A stretch of DNA of 64,000 nucleotides from Arenicellales bacterium (GTDB taxonomy: Bacteria > Pseudomonadota > Gammaproteobacteria > Arenicellales > JBFEOO01): assembly GCA_041550555.1 (NCBI GenBank), contig JBFEOO010000002.1, forward strand, positions 1,865 through 65,864, read 5' to 3'. Numbering within the stretch: the first letter of the stretch is position 1; every line of letters begins with the position of its first letter. A model generated the notes under the pieces. That model had not been told where the DNA came from. It worked only from the letters and a program-made list of their open reading frames with translations, and did no database searches. A program made the position numbers and the translations under genes. This document shows positions 50,559-59,096 of this stretch, in pieces.

Positions 50559-52205
50559 CTAGCTTGCCGGCAGTATCGAGTGCTCGCGGGCGATGCGCAG
50601 CTCGATGAGCGCCGGACGTCCGGCGGCGGACGCGCGCTCGAACGCGGCGGCGAACTGCTCGGTGCGCGTTACCACCTCCCCGTGGGCGCCGTAGGCTTCC
50701 GCGAGACGCGCGAAGTCGGGATTCACCACCTCCGTGGCGATGACGCGTCCGGGATAAAGACGCTCCTGGTGTAGCCGTATCGTGCCGTAGGCGGCATTGT
50801 TCACCACGATGACGATGACGTTGGCGCGATACTGAACCGCGGTTGCCAGCTCTTGGCCGTTGATCAGGAAACAGCCGTCGCCCGCGAGCGCCACCGCCAT
50901 GCGCTCCGGGAACAGCCGTTTTGCGGCCACCGCCGCCGGCAGGCCATAGCCCATCGAGCCGGCGGTCGGCGCCAGCTGGGTGCGCCAGCGGCGGAAGCGG
51001 TAAAAGCGGTGCAGCCAAGCGCTGTAATGACCGGCACCGTTGCAGACGATGGCGTCTGCGGGCAACGTCTCGCGCAGCCACGTGAACACCTCAGCGAGTT
51101 CGAGCTCACCGCCCACGCGCCGCGGCGCGGTCCAGGCCAAGTAGTCCTCGCGGGCCTCCCTGACGCGCGCCGGCAGCGACGCCCGTCCACGCGGTGTCAG
51201 CTCTCTGGCCAACCCCGTGAACGCCGCCATGCCGGCATTGACCGCGAGCTCGGCCTGATAGACGCGACCCAGCTCCTCCATGCCCGGATACACATGAATC
51301 AGGCGCTGGGAGGTACGCGGAACGCTGAGCAGGGTGTAGCCGGCGGTGGTCATCTCGCCAAGCCGCGCCCCCACTGCGAGCAACACATCGGCCGACCGTA
51401 TCCGCTCGGCGAGCTTGGGATCGACGCCCAGACCGAGCGTGCCGGCGTAGTTGGGATGCGCGTTGTCGAAGTAGTCCTGGCAGCGGAACGCACTGACCAC
51501 CGGCAGATCAAACGCCTCGGCGAAGCGCCGGAAATCGTCGCACGCCCCGGCGCTCCACCCCCCTCCGCCGACGATGGCGAGAGGACGCTCGGCGCCGGCG
51601 AGCAGATCGACCATGCGTTCGAGATCCGCCGCGGACGGCTGAGCCTCGATGGGGCGATAGGCGTCGGCAGCAGGGGCCAGCACCGCATCGCTCAGCATGT
51701 CCTCGGGCAGCGCAACGACGACGGGGCCGGGCCGGCCGTTGCTCGCCGTGTGAAAGGCGCGGCTCATGAGCTCTGGGATCCGCTCGGCGGCGTCGATCTG
51801 CGTCACCCACTTGGCCAGCTGACCGAAGGCACGCCGGTAGTCGATCTCCTGAAACGCCTCGCGGTCGGTGGCGCCGCGTTCCACCTGACCGACCAGCAGA
51901 ATCATCGGGGTGGAGTCCTGAAACGCGATGTGCAACCCGGCGGAGGCGTTGGTTGCACCGGGCCCGCGCGTGACCAGGCAAATGCCGGGTCGGCCGGTAA
52001 GCTTGCCGTAGGCGTCGGCCATCATCGCGGCCGCCCCCTCGTGGCGGCAGACCGTCAGGGCGATCTGCGGAGCGTCGTAGAGCGCGTCCAGCACGGCCAG
52101 ATAGCTTTCGCCGGGCAGGCAGAAGGCGTGCGTGGCGCCATGCGTGCCGAGCGCGTCGACGACGAGCTGGCCGCCGGTCCTGGTGCTAACGGTGCGGTCT
52201 TCCAC
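50559..52205 (-). CDS. Thiamine pyrophosphate-dependent enzyme (acetolactate synthase-like)
   Basis: An N-terminal TPP-Pyr domain (GICLVTRGPGATNA) and a C-terminal TPP-binding GDGCF...NN motif are present. A GTG start at 52205 is proposed (548 aa). The track ORF to 52352 adds an Arg-rich extension. Confidence 0.8.
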   Translation of the reverse strand: MEDRTVSTRTGGQLVVDALGTHGATHAFCLPGESYLAVLDALYDAPQIALTVCRHEGAAAMMADAYGKLTGRPGICLVTRGPGATNASAGLHIAFQDSTPMILLVGQVERGATDREAFQEIDYRRAFGQLAKWVTQIDAAERIPELMSRAFHTASNGRPGPVVVALPEDMLSDAVLAPAADAYRPIEAQPSAADLERMVDLLAGAERPLAIVGGGGWSAGACDDFRRFAEAFDLPVVSAFRCQDYFDNAHPNYAGTLGLGVDPKLAERIRSADVLLAVGARLGEMTTAGYTLLSVPRTSQRLIHVYPGMEELGRVYQAELAVNAGMAAFTGLARELTPRGRASLPARVREAREDYLAWTAPRRVGGELELAEVFTWLRETLPADAIVCNGAGHYSAWLHRFYRFRRWRTQLAPTAGSMGYGLPAAVAAKRLFPERMAVALAGDGCFLINGQELATAVQYRANVIVIVVNNAAYGTIRLHQERLYPGRVIATEVVNPDFARLAEAYGAHGEVVTRTEQFAAAFERASAAGRPALIELRIAREHSILPAS

Positions 52206-52279
52206 GGTCGAAGTCCCTATGCCAGCGCGCCAGCGGGGAGCTAGCGCCGGTCTCGCGCGCGGCAGCCGGCGCCGAACGC

Positions 52280-52808
52280 TCAAGCTTCGGCGAGAAACAC
52301 CTTGCGAATGCGCTCCTCGAGCTTTTCGTGGTGCCGCTCCAGAGCCTGCCACTGATCGGCATCGAGCGCGTCCTCCAGCTTCCGGCGGCTCTCTTTGCGC
52401 AGCGCCTCGAAGTCGCGCTGAAACTGCTCGAACGACTTCGCGGTCCGCCTCGCGCAGCGGCTCAGGCGCTCACTCAGCTTCGCCAAATCCTCATCGAGAA
52501 TTGGGCGCAGCCGCTCGATCTGCTACTGCGTGAGCTCGAGGATCTTCGTCAGCTCCTCGACGATCGCTTCCCGCGCCGCCTCGATGGCCTTCGCGTCCGG
52601 CCCGGCGAGAAAGCGCTCGAGCTCCTGCATCTGTTCACGGTTGAGCGCGTCGTTCAGCCGCGCCTCGGCCTCGGCTGCCGATGGATGCGCGAGGCTCTTC
52701 GGACATCGCCTCCAGCTCGACGAAACCCTGCTCGACTCGCTTGTCGATGGCGTTCTTGAGATCCTGGCTCTGTTTCTCGATCAACGCTTTGAGAAGGTAA
52801 CACGCCAT
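52280..52808 (-). pseudogene. Helical LTXXQ-like (Spy/CpxP-like) gene interrupted by one frameshift and one in-frame TAG
   Basis: - Three collinear minus-strand pieces have high GC3.
- The first piece, MACYLLKALIEKQSQDLKNAIDKRVEQGFVELEAMSEE, starts at 52808.
- A frameshift falls near 52670-52690.
- The second piece is AEAEARLNDALNREQMQELERFLAGPDAKAIEAAREAIVEELTKILELTQ.
- A TAG lies at 52523-52525.
- The third piece is QIERLRPILDEDLAKLSERL...LDADQWQALERHHEKLEERIRKVFLAEA. Confidence 0.5.
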
Positions 52809-52941
52809 CGACCCGCTCGCGGTCGATCGCGGGCTGTGACCATGGTGCGCGCCCGCGAGCGCAGCGCCAGGCACCCGATGATCGAACGACGCGACACCCG
52901 TACACCACAGGCGAGCGCAGATCGACCGCTCTTCGCGGACG

Positions 52942-54186
52942 CTAGAGCGTGATGCCCTCCTTAATCGTCCACCCGCGCTTGCGCATCTCCTCACGCGTGC
53001 GATTGCTGGCGGCGCCGGTGATCCAGAGCTCGCGGGCCGACGGCCCCTCACCCTGCTCCGGCGACCCCTCGAAGAGAGCGACGAAACCGTCGAGCGGCCG
53101 CGTCCAAGCGAGATAGTCGACCGGCGCCGCAATCAGCAGCTTGCCATCACCGGTGACAGCGGCCACCATCTTGCCGCGGCTTATGAATCGTGCGATCGGT
53201 CCGACCTCTCGGTGGTAGTCCGCATAGATCTGCGCCGCACGCGTTCGGAATATGGCGACCTCCTCATCGGTAGTGGGGATGGCGTACTTGACGAATTCCC
53301 GGCGCCCCTGCGCACCGGCTATTTGCTCCAGTGCGCCGGCGAGATAGGTCTGGTAGGTGGGGGTGAACGCCGGATTGTCGATGAACAGCTCGGCGAGGTC
53401 GGGGTCGACACCCATGGCCTGCAGCTTGTCGCGGTTGATGATGCGCAGCTCGGTCGGCGACGTGGTGATCACCAGCTCGTTGAGCGATTGCGTCCATCCC
53501 GCCGCACCGACCATCAGACCCAAGCCACCCGGCACCAGCATCTTGGCGAATGTCACCGCGAGGCCACCCTGCGTCGCAGCCGTAGCAACGCGATCGAGCT
53601 CCGCCTGCAGGGCGGCGTTGCTCGAGTACGGGTCCACTCCGACCTCGCCGGCGAGCTCCCGCTTGAGCTTGCTGTAGCCGGTGAAGGTCTTGGCCAAGTC
53701 GCTTACGCCAGTGTCCTGAGTGTCGCGACTGCGCCACGCCTCCCCGGCGAGGTCGAACATCTTGCGTACGCCGGACGCAGCGCCTTTGACCGCTCCGCCG
53801 GGATTCTGGGCGATGCGTTTAAACCCTTCCGCCACCTCGTTGACACTGTCGCTCATGGCCCCCTTGAGCTCCTCCGACTCCTCGAGCGCCTTGATCTTGG
53901 CGATGGCCTCCGCCTCATTGGCCCGCAGCCGCAGCATGACCGTCGAGCGCACCGACATGTCGCCGAACGGTGTTCGCAGGGTGTACGTATTCATGAATCC
54001 GTCGTTGACCACCTTGTCGGCGACGCTGTGCTGCGCACTCTTGAGAAGCGCTGCGGGCAGCACGGCTTCGGCGCGCAGCACCGGCGGCTCTTCCCACTCG
54101 TTCGCCGTCGCCAACGCCGGCACGACAGCGAGCGCGGTCGAGAGCATCGCGAGAACGGCAGCGGCGTCGTGTTTACCGATGTGCAT
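52942..54186 (-). CDS. Exported protein of unknown function
   Basis: The product is 414 aa from ATG 54186, with AGGAGA 7 nt upstream. The signal peptide is MHIGKHDAAAVLAMLSTALAVVPALATA. GC3 is high. I recognise no family. Confidence 0.7.
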   Translation of the reverse strand: MHIGKHDAAAVLAMLSTALAVVPALATANEWEEPPVLRAEAVLPAALLKSAQHSVADKVVNDGFMNTYTLRTPFGDMSVRSTVMLRLRANEAEAIAKIKALEESEELKGAMSDSVNEVAEGFKRIAQNPGGAVKGAASGVRKMFDLAGEAWRSRDTQDTGVSDLAKTFTGYSKLKRELAGEVGVDPYSSNAALQAELDRVATAATQGGLAVTFAKMLVPGGLGLMVGAAGWTQSLNELVITTSPTELRIINRDKLQAMGVDPDLAELFIDNPAFTPTYQTYLAGALEQIAGAQGRREFVKYAIPTTDEEVAIFRTRAAQIYADYHREVGPIARFISRGKMVAAVTGDGKLLIAAPVDYLAWTRPLDGFVALFEGSPEQGEGPSARELWITGAASNRTREEMRKRGWTIKEGITL

Positions 54187-54691
54187 GCAAGATTCTCCTG
54201 GGCTTCGAGGGTCAGCGCCGTGCACACAAGGGCAGCGATCGCACCCGAAGGGCCGTGCGACAGCCGCTCCGGGCGGTGACGGTCGACGACGGCAGCAATC
54301 GGCCGAACGTCGCGGCCAGGCGCAAGCCGCGGGCGGCACCGCGTCAGTCGCGGCCCTCGTCGGGATCGTGGTCGGCGCGGCATGCGCTGCCGCGTCGTCG
54401 GCAAGGCGCGCAGCCTATCGCTGTTGCAGGGTCGACTGCAAGCGCAGACCGGGCGTCGAGGCGACGTCTCGCAGCGAGGCTGGATTCGGCGGCGCCGAGG
54501 GTCGAGAATCCTGTTAACGCAGCGGGTAGCGTCTCGAGCAGGTCGGCCGGGCCCGGCTCGGCCAGCGCCGGGCGCGACCCGAGTCCCGAGCAACGTGACT
54601 GAGAGCGTGTGCCATCGCGATGAGCGCAGCGACGACCCCGAGAGCACCGTCCACCGCGTGCCAGCGGCGCGCCGCAGGGTGACGCGCCGCC

Positions 54692-55330
54692 GTGCGTCTT
54701 GCCGCCGTCTTCGCTGCTCTGGTCCTGCTGGTGGTCGTGCCGTTCTGGATCTGGGGCGAAGCGCTGGAACGTCTGTTCAGCCAAGACGGCGCCGCGAGCT
54801 GGCTGAACAGCTACGGAGAGTGGGCGTGGGTTGCCGGGATCTGCCTGCTGATGCTCGACCTCGTGCTGCCGGTTCCCGGCACGGCGGTGATGGCGGGGCT
54901 GGGGCTCGTCTACGGTCCCGTGGCAGGCGGCCTGATCGCCTTCGTCGGCTCCTTGGCCTCCGGCAGCCTGGGCTACCTCGCGTGCCGCATAGCCGGGCGA
55001 CGCGCGGCCCGCTTTCTGCTCGGCGCACGCGAGCTGCAGCGCGGCGAGCAACTGTTCGCGCGTGCCGGCGGCTGGCTGGTGGTGCTCTCGCGCTGGCTGC
55101 CCGTGTTTCCCGAGGTCATCGCCTGCATGGCCGGTCTCACCCGCATGCCCGGCCGGACCTTCGCACTCGCGCTCGCCTGCGGCTCGCTGCCGCTGGCGTT
55201 CGCCTTCGCTGCCGTGGGTCACCTCGGCGCCGAGCGTCCGGCACTGGCGCTGACGCTGAGCGCGTGCGCACCCCCCGTCCTGTGGGTCGTCGTACAGCCT
55301 CTGTTCAACCGTGTGCGCCACGCGCCGTGA
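54692..55330 (+). CDS. DedA/TVP38 (VTT domain) family membrane protein
   Basis: The 212-aa polytopic ORF has the LSRWLPVFPEVIACMAGLTRM motif characteristic of SNARE-associated/DedA proteins. The start is GTG. Confidence 0.75.
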   Translation: MRLAAVFAALVLLVVVPFWIWGEALERLFSQDGAASWLNSYGEWAWVAGICLLMLDLVLPVPGTAVMAGLGLVYGPVAGGLIAFVGSLASGSLGYLACRIAGRRAARFLLGARELQRGEQLFARAGGWLVVLSRWLPVFPEVIACMAGLTRMPGRTFALALACGSLPLAFAFAAVGHLGAERPALALTLSACAPPVLWVVVQPLFNRVRHAP

Positions 55331-55404
55331 GGGCATCCCGCGCCCACCGGGCTCAAGGTTACGATCATGGTTGAAATGCATCCGTCTTCCTGGGAGAAAT
55401 CGAC

Positions 55405-55854
55405 ATGCCGAAACCACAGCCCAAACCGCTGTCGCCCGATGAGGTTCCCGCCGCGGCGCGCGCCGTCGTGCGCAACGCGCGCTTTCCCTTTCTGGCGACG
55501 CTCGACGGCGCGCAGCCCCGGGTGCGTCCCGTCTCGCCCGTCCGCACCGACGAGTTCACCGTCTATGTCGCCAACCTGCGCCGTTACCACAAGACCACCG
55601 AGATCGCGCACAACGACCGGGTCGAGCTCTGCTATATGGATGACGAGCACGACCAGGTGCGCATCACCGGTACTGCAGAGGTCGTGCGCGACGCGGCGCT
55701 GCTGCGCGCCATCTGGGACAGCAACAATCTGCTGCGGCACTATCTCGGCACCATCGACAACCCCGAGTTGGTGGTGTATCGCATCGTGCCCGATCGAGTG
55801 CGGTTCATGCGCGAGTGGGCACTGGATTACCAGGAGGTGCCGTTGCCCGCGTAG
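55405..55854 (+). CDS. Pyridoxamine 5'-phosphate oxidase-like FMN-binding protein
   Basis: The 149-aa ORF has the PNPOx split-barrel pattern (FLATLDGAQPRVRPVSP, VELCYMDDEHDQVRITGTAEVV). GGGAGA lies upstream of the ATG. Confidence 0.7.
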   Translation: MPKPQPKPLSPDEVPAAARAVVRNARFPFLATLDGAQPRVRPVSPVRTDEFTVYVANLRRYHKTTEIAHNDRVELCYMDDEHDQVRITGTAEVVRDAALLRAIWDSNNLLRHYLGTIDNPELVVYRIVPDRVRFMREWALDYQEVPLPA

Positions 55855-55908
55855 ACGCTGCACGCCGGCCTGCGCGTCGTTGGACGAGCGCCGCACGGGC
55901 GCGGGGCC

Positions 55909-56631
55909 GTGAAACCGCGCCGGCTCAGCAGGCGGCAGCACCGCCATCTGGTGCTGGCGGCCACCGCTGCCCTGACGTTCACGACGGTGTACGTGGTGCT
56001 CGGTTTCTCGCCGGAGCGTTGGGTCGACACACCATCGCTCAAAGCCGAGAGCGTGCAGTGGCGGGCGAGCATGGCCTTCGCCAACAGCGCCCTGCTGCTG
56101 CTGGCGGCCGCGCTGCTCGTCGGGCCTTGGCACGTCTTGCGCGGGCAAAAGCCGCTGACCAACAGTCTGTGGCGCCGCGACGTGGGTATCTGGGCTGGCG
56201 GGCTCGCCCTTGCCCACATGTCGATAGGTTTGTTCGTCCATACCGAGGGGTGGGCGTTCTGGTGGCTGTTCGTCGCCCGCTCGCCGCAAGCACATGACGA
56301 GCTCATCGTTCGCACCGGACTGTTTGGCTTGACGAATTTCGCCGGCGTTTTTCAAGCGCTGCTTATCGGTATGCTGCTGTCCATCTCCAACCGCCGCGTT
56401 CTGGCGCGCCTCGGTGCAGCGCGCTGGAAGTGGCTGCAGCGGCTCACCTATCTTGCCTTCGCCTCGATCGTCTTTCATGCCTGGGTCTACCAGCGCGTCG
56501 AGCAGCGCATCTGGCCGAACGTCGCGCTGTTCTTCCTCATCGTCGCAGTGGTGATCGTCGCCCAGGCGTCGGCGGCGCTGCGCGTGTTGGTACGGTGGTA
56601 CGGGCGGCGAGGCGCCGAGCGCCGCCGATGA
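55909..56631 (+). CDS. Ferric-reductase-like transmembrane (MsrQ/YedZ-like) protein
   Basis: The 240-aa ORF has about 6 TM helices with conserved His in TM helices (LAHMSIGLFVH, IVFHAWVY), suggesting heme b ligation. The start is GTG. Confidence 0.45.
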   Translation: MKPRRLSRRQHRHLVLAATAALTFTTVYVVLGFSPERWVDTPSLKAESVQWRASMAFANSALLLLAAALLVGPWHVLRGQKPLTNSLWRRDVGIWAGGLALAHMSIGLFVHTEGWAFWWLFVARSPQAHDELIVRTGLFGLTNFAGVFQALLIGMLLSISNRRVLARLGAARWKWLQRLTYLAFASIVFHAWVYQRVEQRIWPNVALFFLIVAVVIVAQASAALRVLVRWYGRRGAERRR

Positions 56632-56802
56632 GCCGCCGAGGGCGCCGCCGTCGGTTGGCCGAACAGGCGCCCTCGCTGCGCAACTGCCGCCCTGCACGGC
56701 CCCCGCCTGCATCGACGAGCGCATGCACGCGTCGTGACGGGGCCAGTGCTATGATCGCCGAAGCATTCTCCGCATCCACCAACCGAGGCAGGGAGCAGCC
56801 CT

Positions 56803-57435
56803 TTGATCGATCTCTACACCTGGACGACCCCCAATGGGCGAAAGGTCTCCATCATGCTCGAGGAGCTCGCGCTGCCGTACCGAGCGATAGCCGTCGACAT
56901 CGGCAAGGGCGAGCAGTTCGACCCGGAGTTTCTCAAGATCAGCCCCAACAACAAGATTCCGGCGATCGTCGACCACGACAACGGCCGAGCCATGATGGAG
57001 TCGGGCGCCATCATGCTGTATCTGTCGGAGAAGACCGGCGGCAAGCTGGTACCGGCCTCGGACGACCGCCGTTGGACCATGATGGAGTGGCTCATGATGC
57101 AGATGGGCCACGTCGGTCCCATGCTCGGGCAGACGCATCACTTCGTCCGCTACAACGCCGGCAAGGCACCGTATGCCGAGGAGCGCTACCTCAAGGAGAA
57201 TCGGCGTATCTACGCGGTGCTCGACAAGCGCCTTGCCGATCATGAATATCTTGCCGACGATTATTCCATCGCCGACATCGCAACCTGGCCCTGGATCTCT
57301 CGCTTCGAGTGGCAGACCATGGACCTCAACGAGTATCCGAACCTCAAGCGCTGGTACGTCACCATCGCGAAGCGGCCCGCCGTGCAGCGCGGCTATATCG
57401 TGCCCAAGAAGGTACAGGACATACCGATGCCTTGA
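56803..57435 (+). CDS. Glutathione S-transferase (YfcG-like)
   Basis: The protein contains DLYTWTTPNGRKVSIMLEEL, NNKIPAIVD, ESGAIMLYL and DYSIADIATWPW. The start is TTG. Confidence 0.85.
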   Translation: MIDLYTWTTPNGRKVSIMLEELALPYRAIAVDIGKGEQFDPEFLKISPNNKIPAIVDHDNGRAMMESGAIMLYLSEKTGGKLVPASDDRRWTMMEWLMMQMGHVGPMLGQTHHFVRYNAGKAPYAEERYLKENRRIYAVLDKRLADHEYLADDYSIADIATWPWISRFEWQTMDLNEYPNLKRWYVTIAKRPAVQRGYIVPKKVQDIPMP

Positions 57436-57538
57436 GCGGCGCTCCCGGCCGCACGAACGGCGGCGCGCCGCGACCCGCCTGCGCGCCCGGCGGAGAGCCC
57501 CCTTGCAGTGCTCGCCGCCCGCCGGTAGCTTGTGCAGC

Positions 57539-59062
57539 ATGACTCTCGACAGCCTCCACGCAGCGCAATGGATCACGGTCGGCCCGCGGACCCGCCGGCG
57601 GCGATCCGCTCTCCGCGGGCTCGCGCTCGCCGCCGCGCTCGCGTTCGCTGCCGCCGGCTGCGCCACCAATCCGGTCACTGGCAAGAGCGATTTCGTCATG
57701 CTCTCCGAGAGCCAGGAGATCGAAATGGGTCGCGAGGCCGATCCGGAGATCCGGCGCGAGTTCGGCGTCTACGACGACCCCGCGCTTTCCGCCTACGTCC
57801 AGCGCGTCGGTGCCGAGCTCGCCGCCAAGAGCCACCGCACCGATCTCGTCTACCGCTTCACCGTGCTGGACAGCCCCGACGTCAACGCTTTCGCGTTGCC
57901 GGGCGGCTACATCTACATCACCCGCGGTCTGCTCGCCTACCTCAACTCGGAGGCCGAGCTGGCGGCGGTTCTCGGTCATGAGATCGGCCACGTGACGGCC
58001 CGCCACTCGGTGCGGCAAATCTCCGCGGCCCAGGCCGCCGGCGTCGGCTACACGATCGGCGCGATCTTTCTACCGGAGCTGCGCACACAGAGTGCTCAGC
58101 AGCTCTTCGACGTACTGGGCACATCGCTGATCCGCGGCTACGGCCGCAGCCACGAGCTCGAGGCCGATCGGCTCGGCGCGGAGTATCTGGCGCGCACGGC
58201 CTACGACCCCGACGCCATGATCGAGGTCATCGCCGTACTCAAGAACCAGGAGCTCGCCGAGACACAGATCGCCTCCGCCGAGGGACGTGAGCCCCGCGTC
58301 TATCACGGCCTGTTCGCCACGCACCCGAGCAACGACCAACGCTTGCAGGAGGTGGTCGGCGAGGCGCGCAAGTACGCGGTGGCGGAGCGGCGCGTCGGCG
58401 TCGATGCCTACCTGCAGCGGATCGACGGCATGCTGTTCGGGGACAGCCCGAGCCAGGGCATCCGCCGCGGCAACAGGTTCTACCACGAAGGGCTCGACCT
58501 CACGCTGACGTTCGCCGAAGGGTGGCGGCTCGAGAACTTTCCCAATCGGCTGGAGGCGAGCAGCCCCGACAACCAGGCCAGGATGTGGGTGTTCGTCGAG
58601 GACCGTAACCGCCGTATCTCGCCCGCAGAGTTCATCCGCGATCGCATCGGTCTGCGATCTCTCGCCGCCGGCCGTGAGCTCGATGTCGGCGGTCTCGAGG
58701 CTTACACCGGTATCGGTCGCGTCAACACCCCGTTCGGGCGACGCGACAGCCGCGTAACCGTTGTCTACTATCACGACAAGGCCTATATCTTTCTCGGCAC
58801 GACCAGGTCCGGCCCGATCGGCGCGTACGACCGTGACTTTCTCTCGGCGGCACAAAGCTTTGCGCCACTCGCCGAGAGCGATCGCCGCTACGCGCGGGGG
58901 TTACGCCTCGGCGTCGTCACCGCGGAGCCCGGCGACAACATAGCCGGCCTCATCGCGAGGTCGGTTCAAGTCAATTATCCCGAGATGCAGCTGCGCCTGA
59001 TCAACGATCTCTACCCGCGGGGCGAGCCGCGAGCGGGGCAGAAGCTGAAGATCATTCAGTAG
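57539..59062 (+). CDS. M48 family zinc metallopeptidase, lipoprotein, with LysM-like C-terminus
   Basis: The protein has a lipobox-like AFAAAGC, NAFALPGGYIYITRGLL and the zinc site HEIGHVTARH. The C-terminal GDNIAGLIAR...LRLINDL...GQKLKII resembles LysM. The start is at ATG 57539 within the longer track ORF. Confidence 0.85.
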   Translation: MTLDSLHAAQWITVGPRTRRRRSALRGLALAAALAFAAAGCATNPVTGKSDFVMLSESQEIEMGREADPEIRREFGVYDDPALSAYVQRVGAELAAKSHRTDLVYRFTVLDSPDVNAFALPGGYIYITRGLLAYLNSEAELAAVLGHEIGHVTARHSVRQISAAQAAGVGYTIGAIFLPELRTQSAQQLFDVLGTSLIRGYGRSHELEADRLGAEYLARTAYDPDAMIEVIAVLKNQELAETQIASAEGREPRVYHGLFATHPSNDQRLQEVVGEARKYAVAERRVGVDAYLQRIDGMLFGDSPSQGIRRGNRFYHEGLDLTLTFAEGWRLENFPNRLEASSPDNQARMWVFVEDRNRRISPAEFIRDRIGLRSLAAGRELDVGGLEAYTGIGRVNTPFGRRDSRVTVVYYHDKAYIFLGTTRSGPIGAYDRDFLSAAQSFAPLAESDRRYARGLRLGVVTAEPGDNIAGLIARSVQVNYPEMQLRLINDLYPRGEPRAGQKLKIIQ

Positions 59063-59096
59063 CGATCGGCGTCGGCACAGCGCGCGATGAAGCACA

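Noticed and set aside
54187-54691. 505-bp divergent intergenic region, examined for a hidden regulator gene or RNA
   Set aside because: There is no ORF with coding-like composition or an SD, and no recognisable motif. It probably holds only two divergent promoters.
55219-56724. 501-aa minus-strand ORF, and the 357-aa ORF at 54344-55417
   Set aside because: Both are antisense to the DedA, PNPOx-like and ferric-reductase-like genes. Both are Arg/Gly/Pro-rich low-complexity shadow ORFs.
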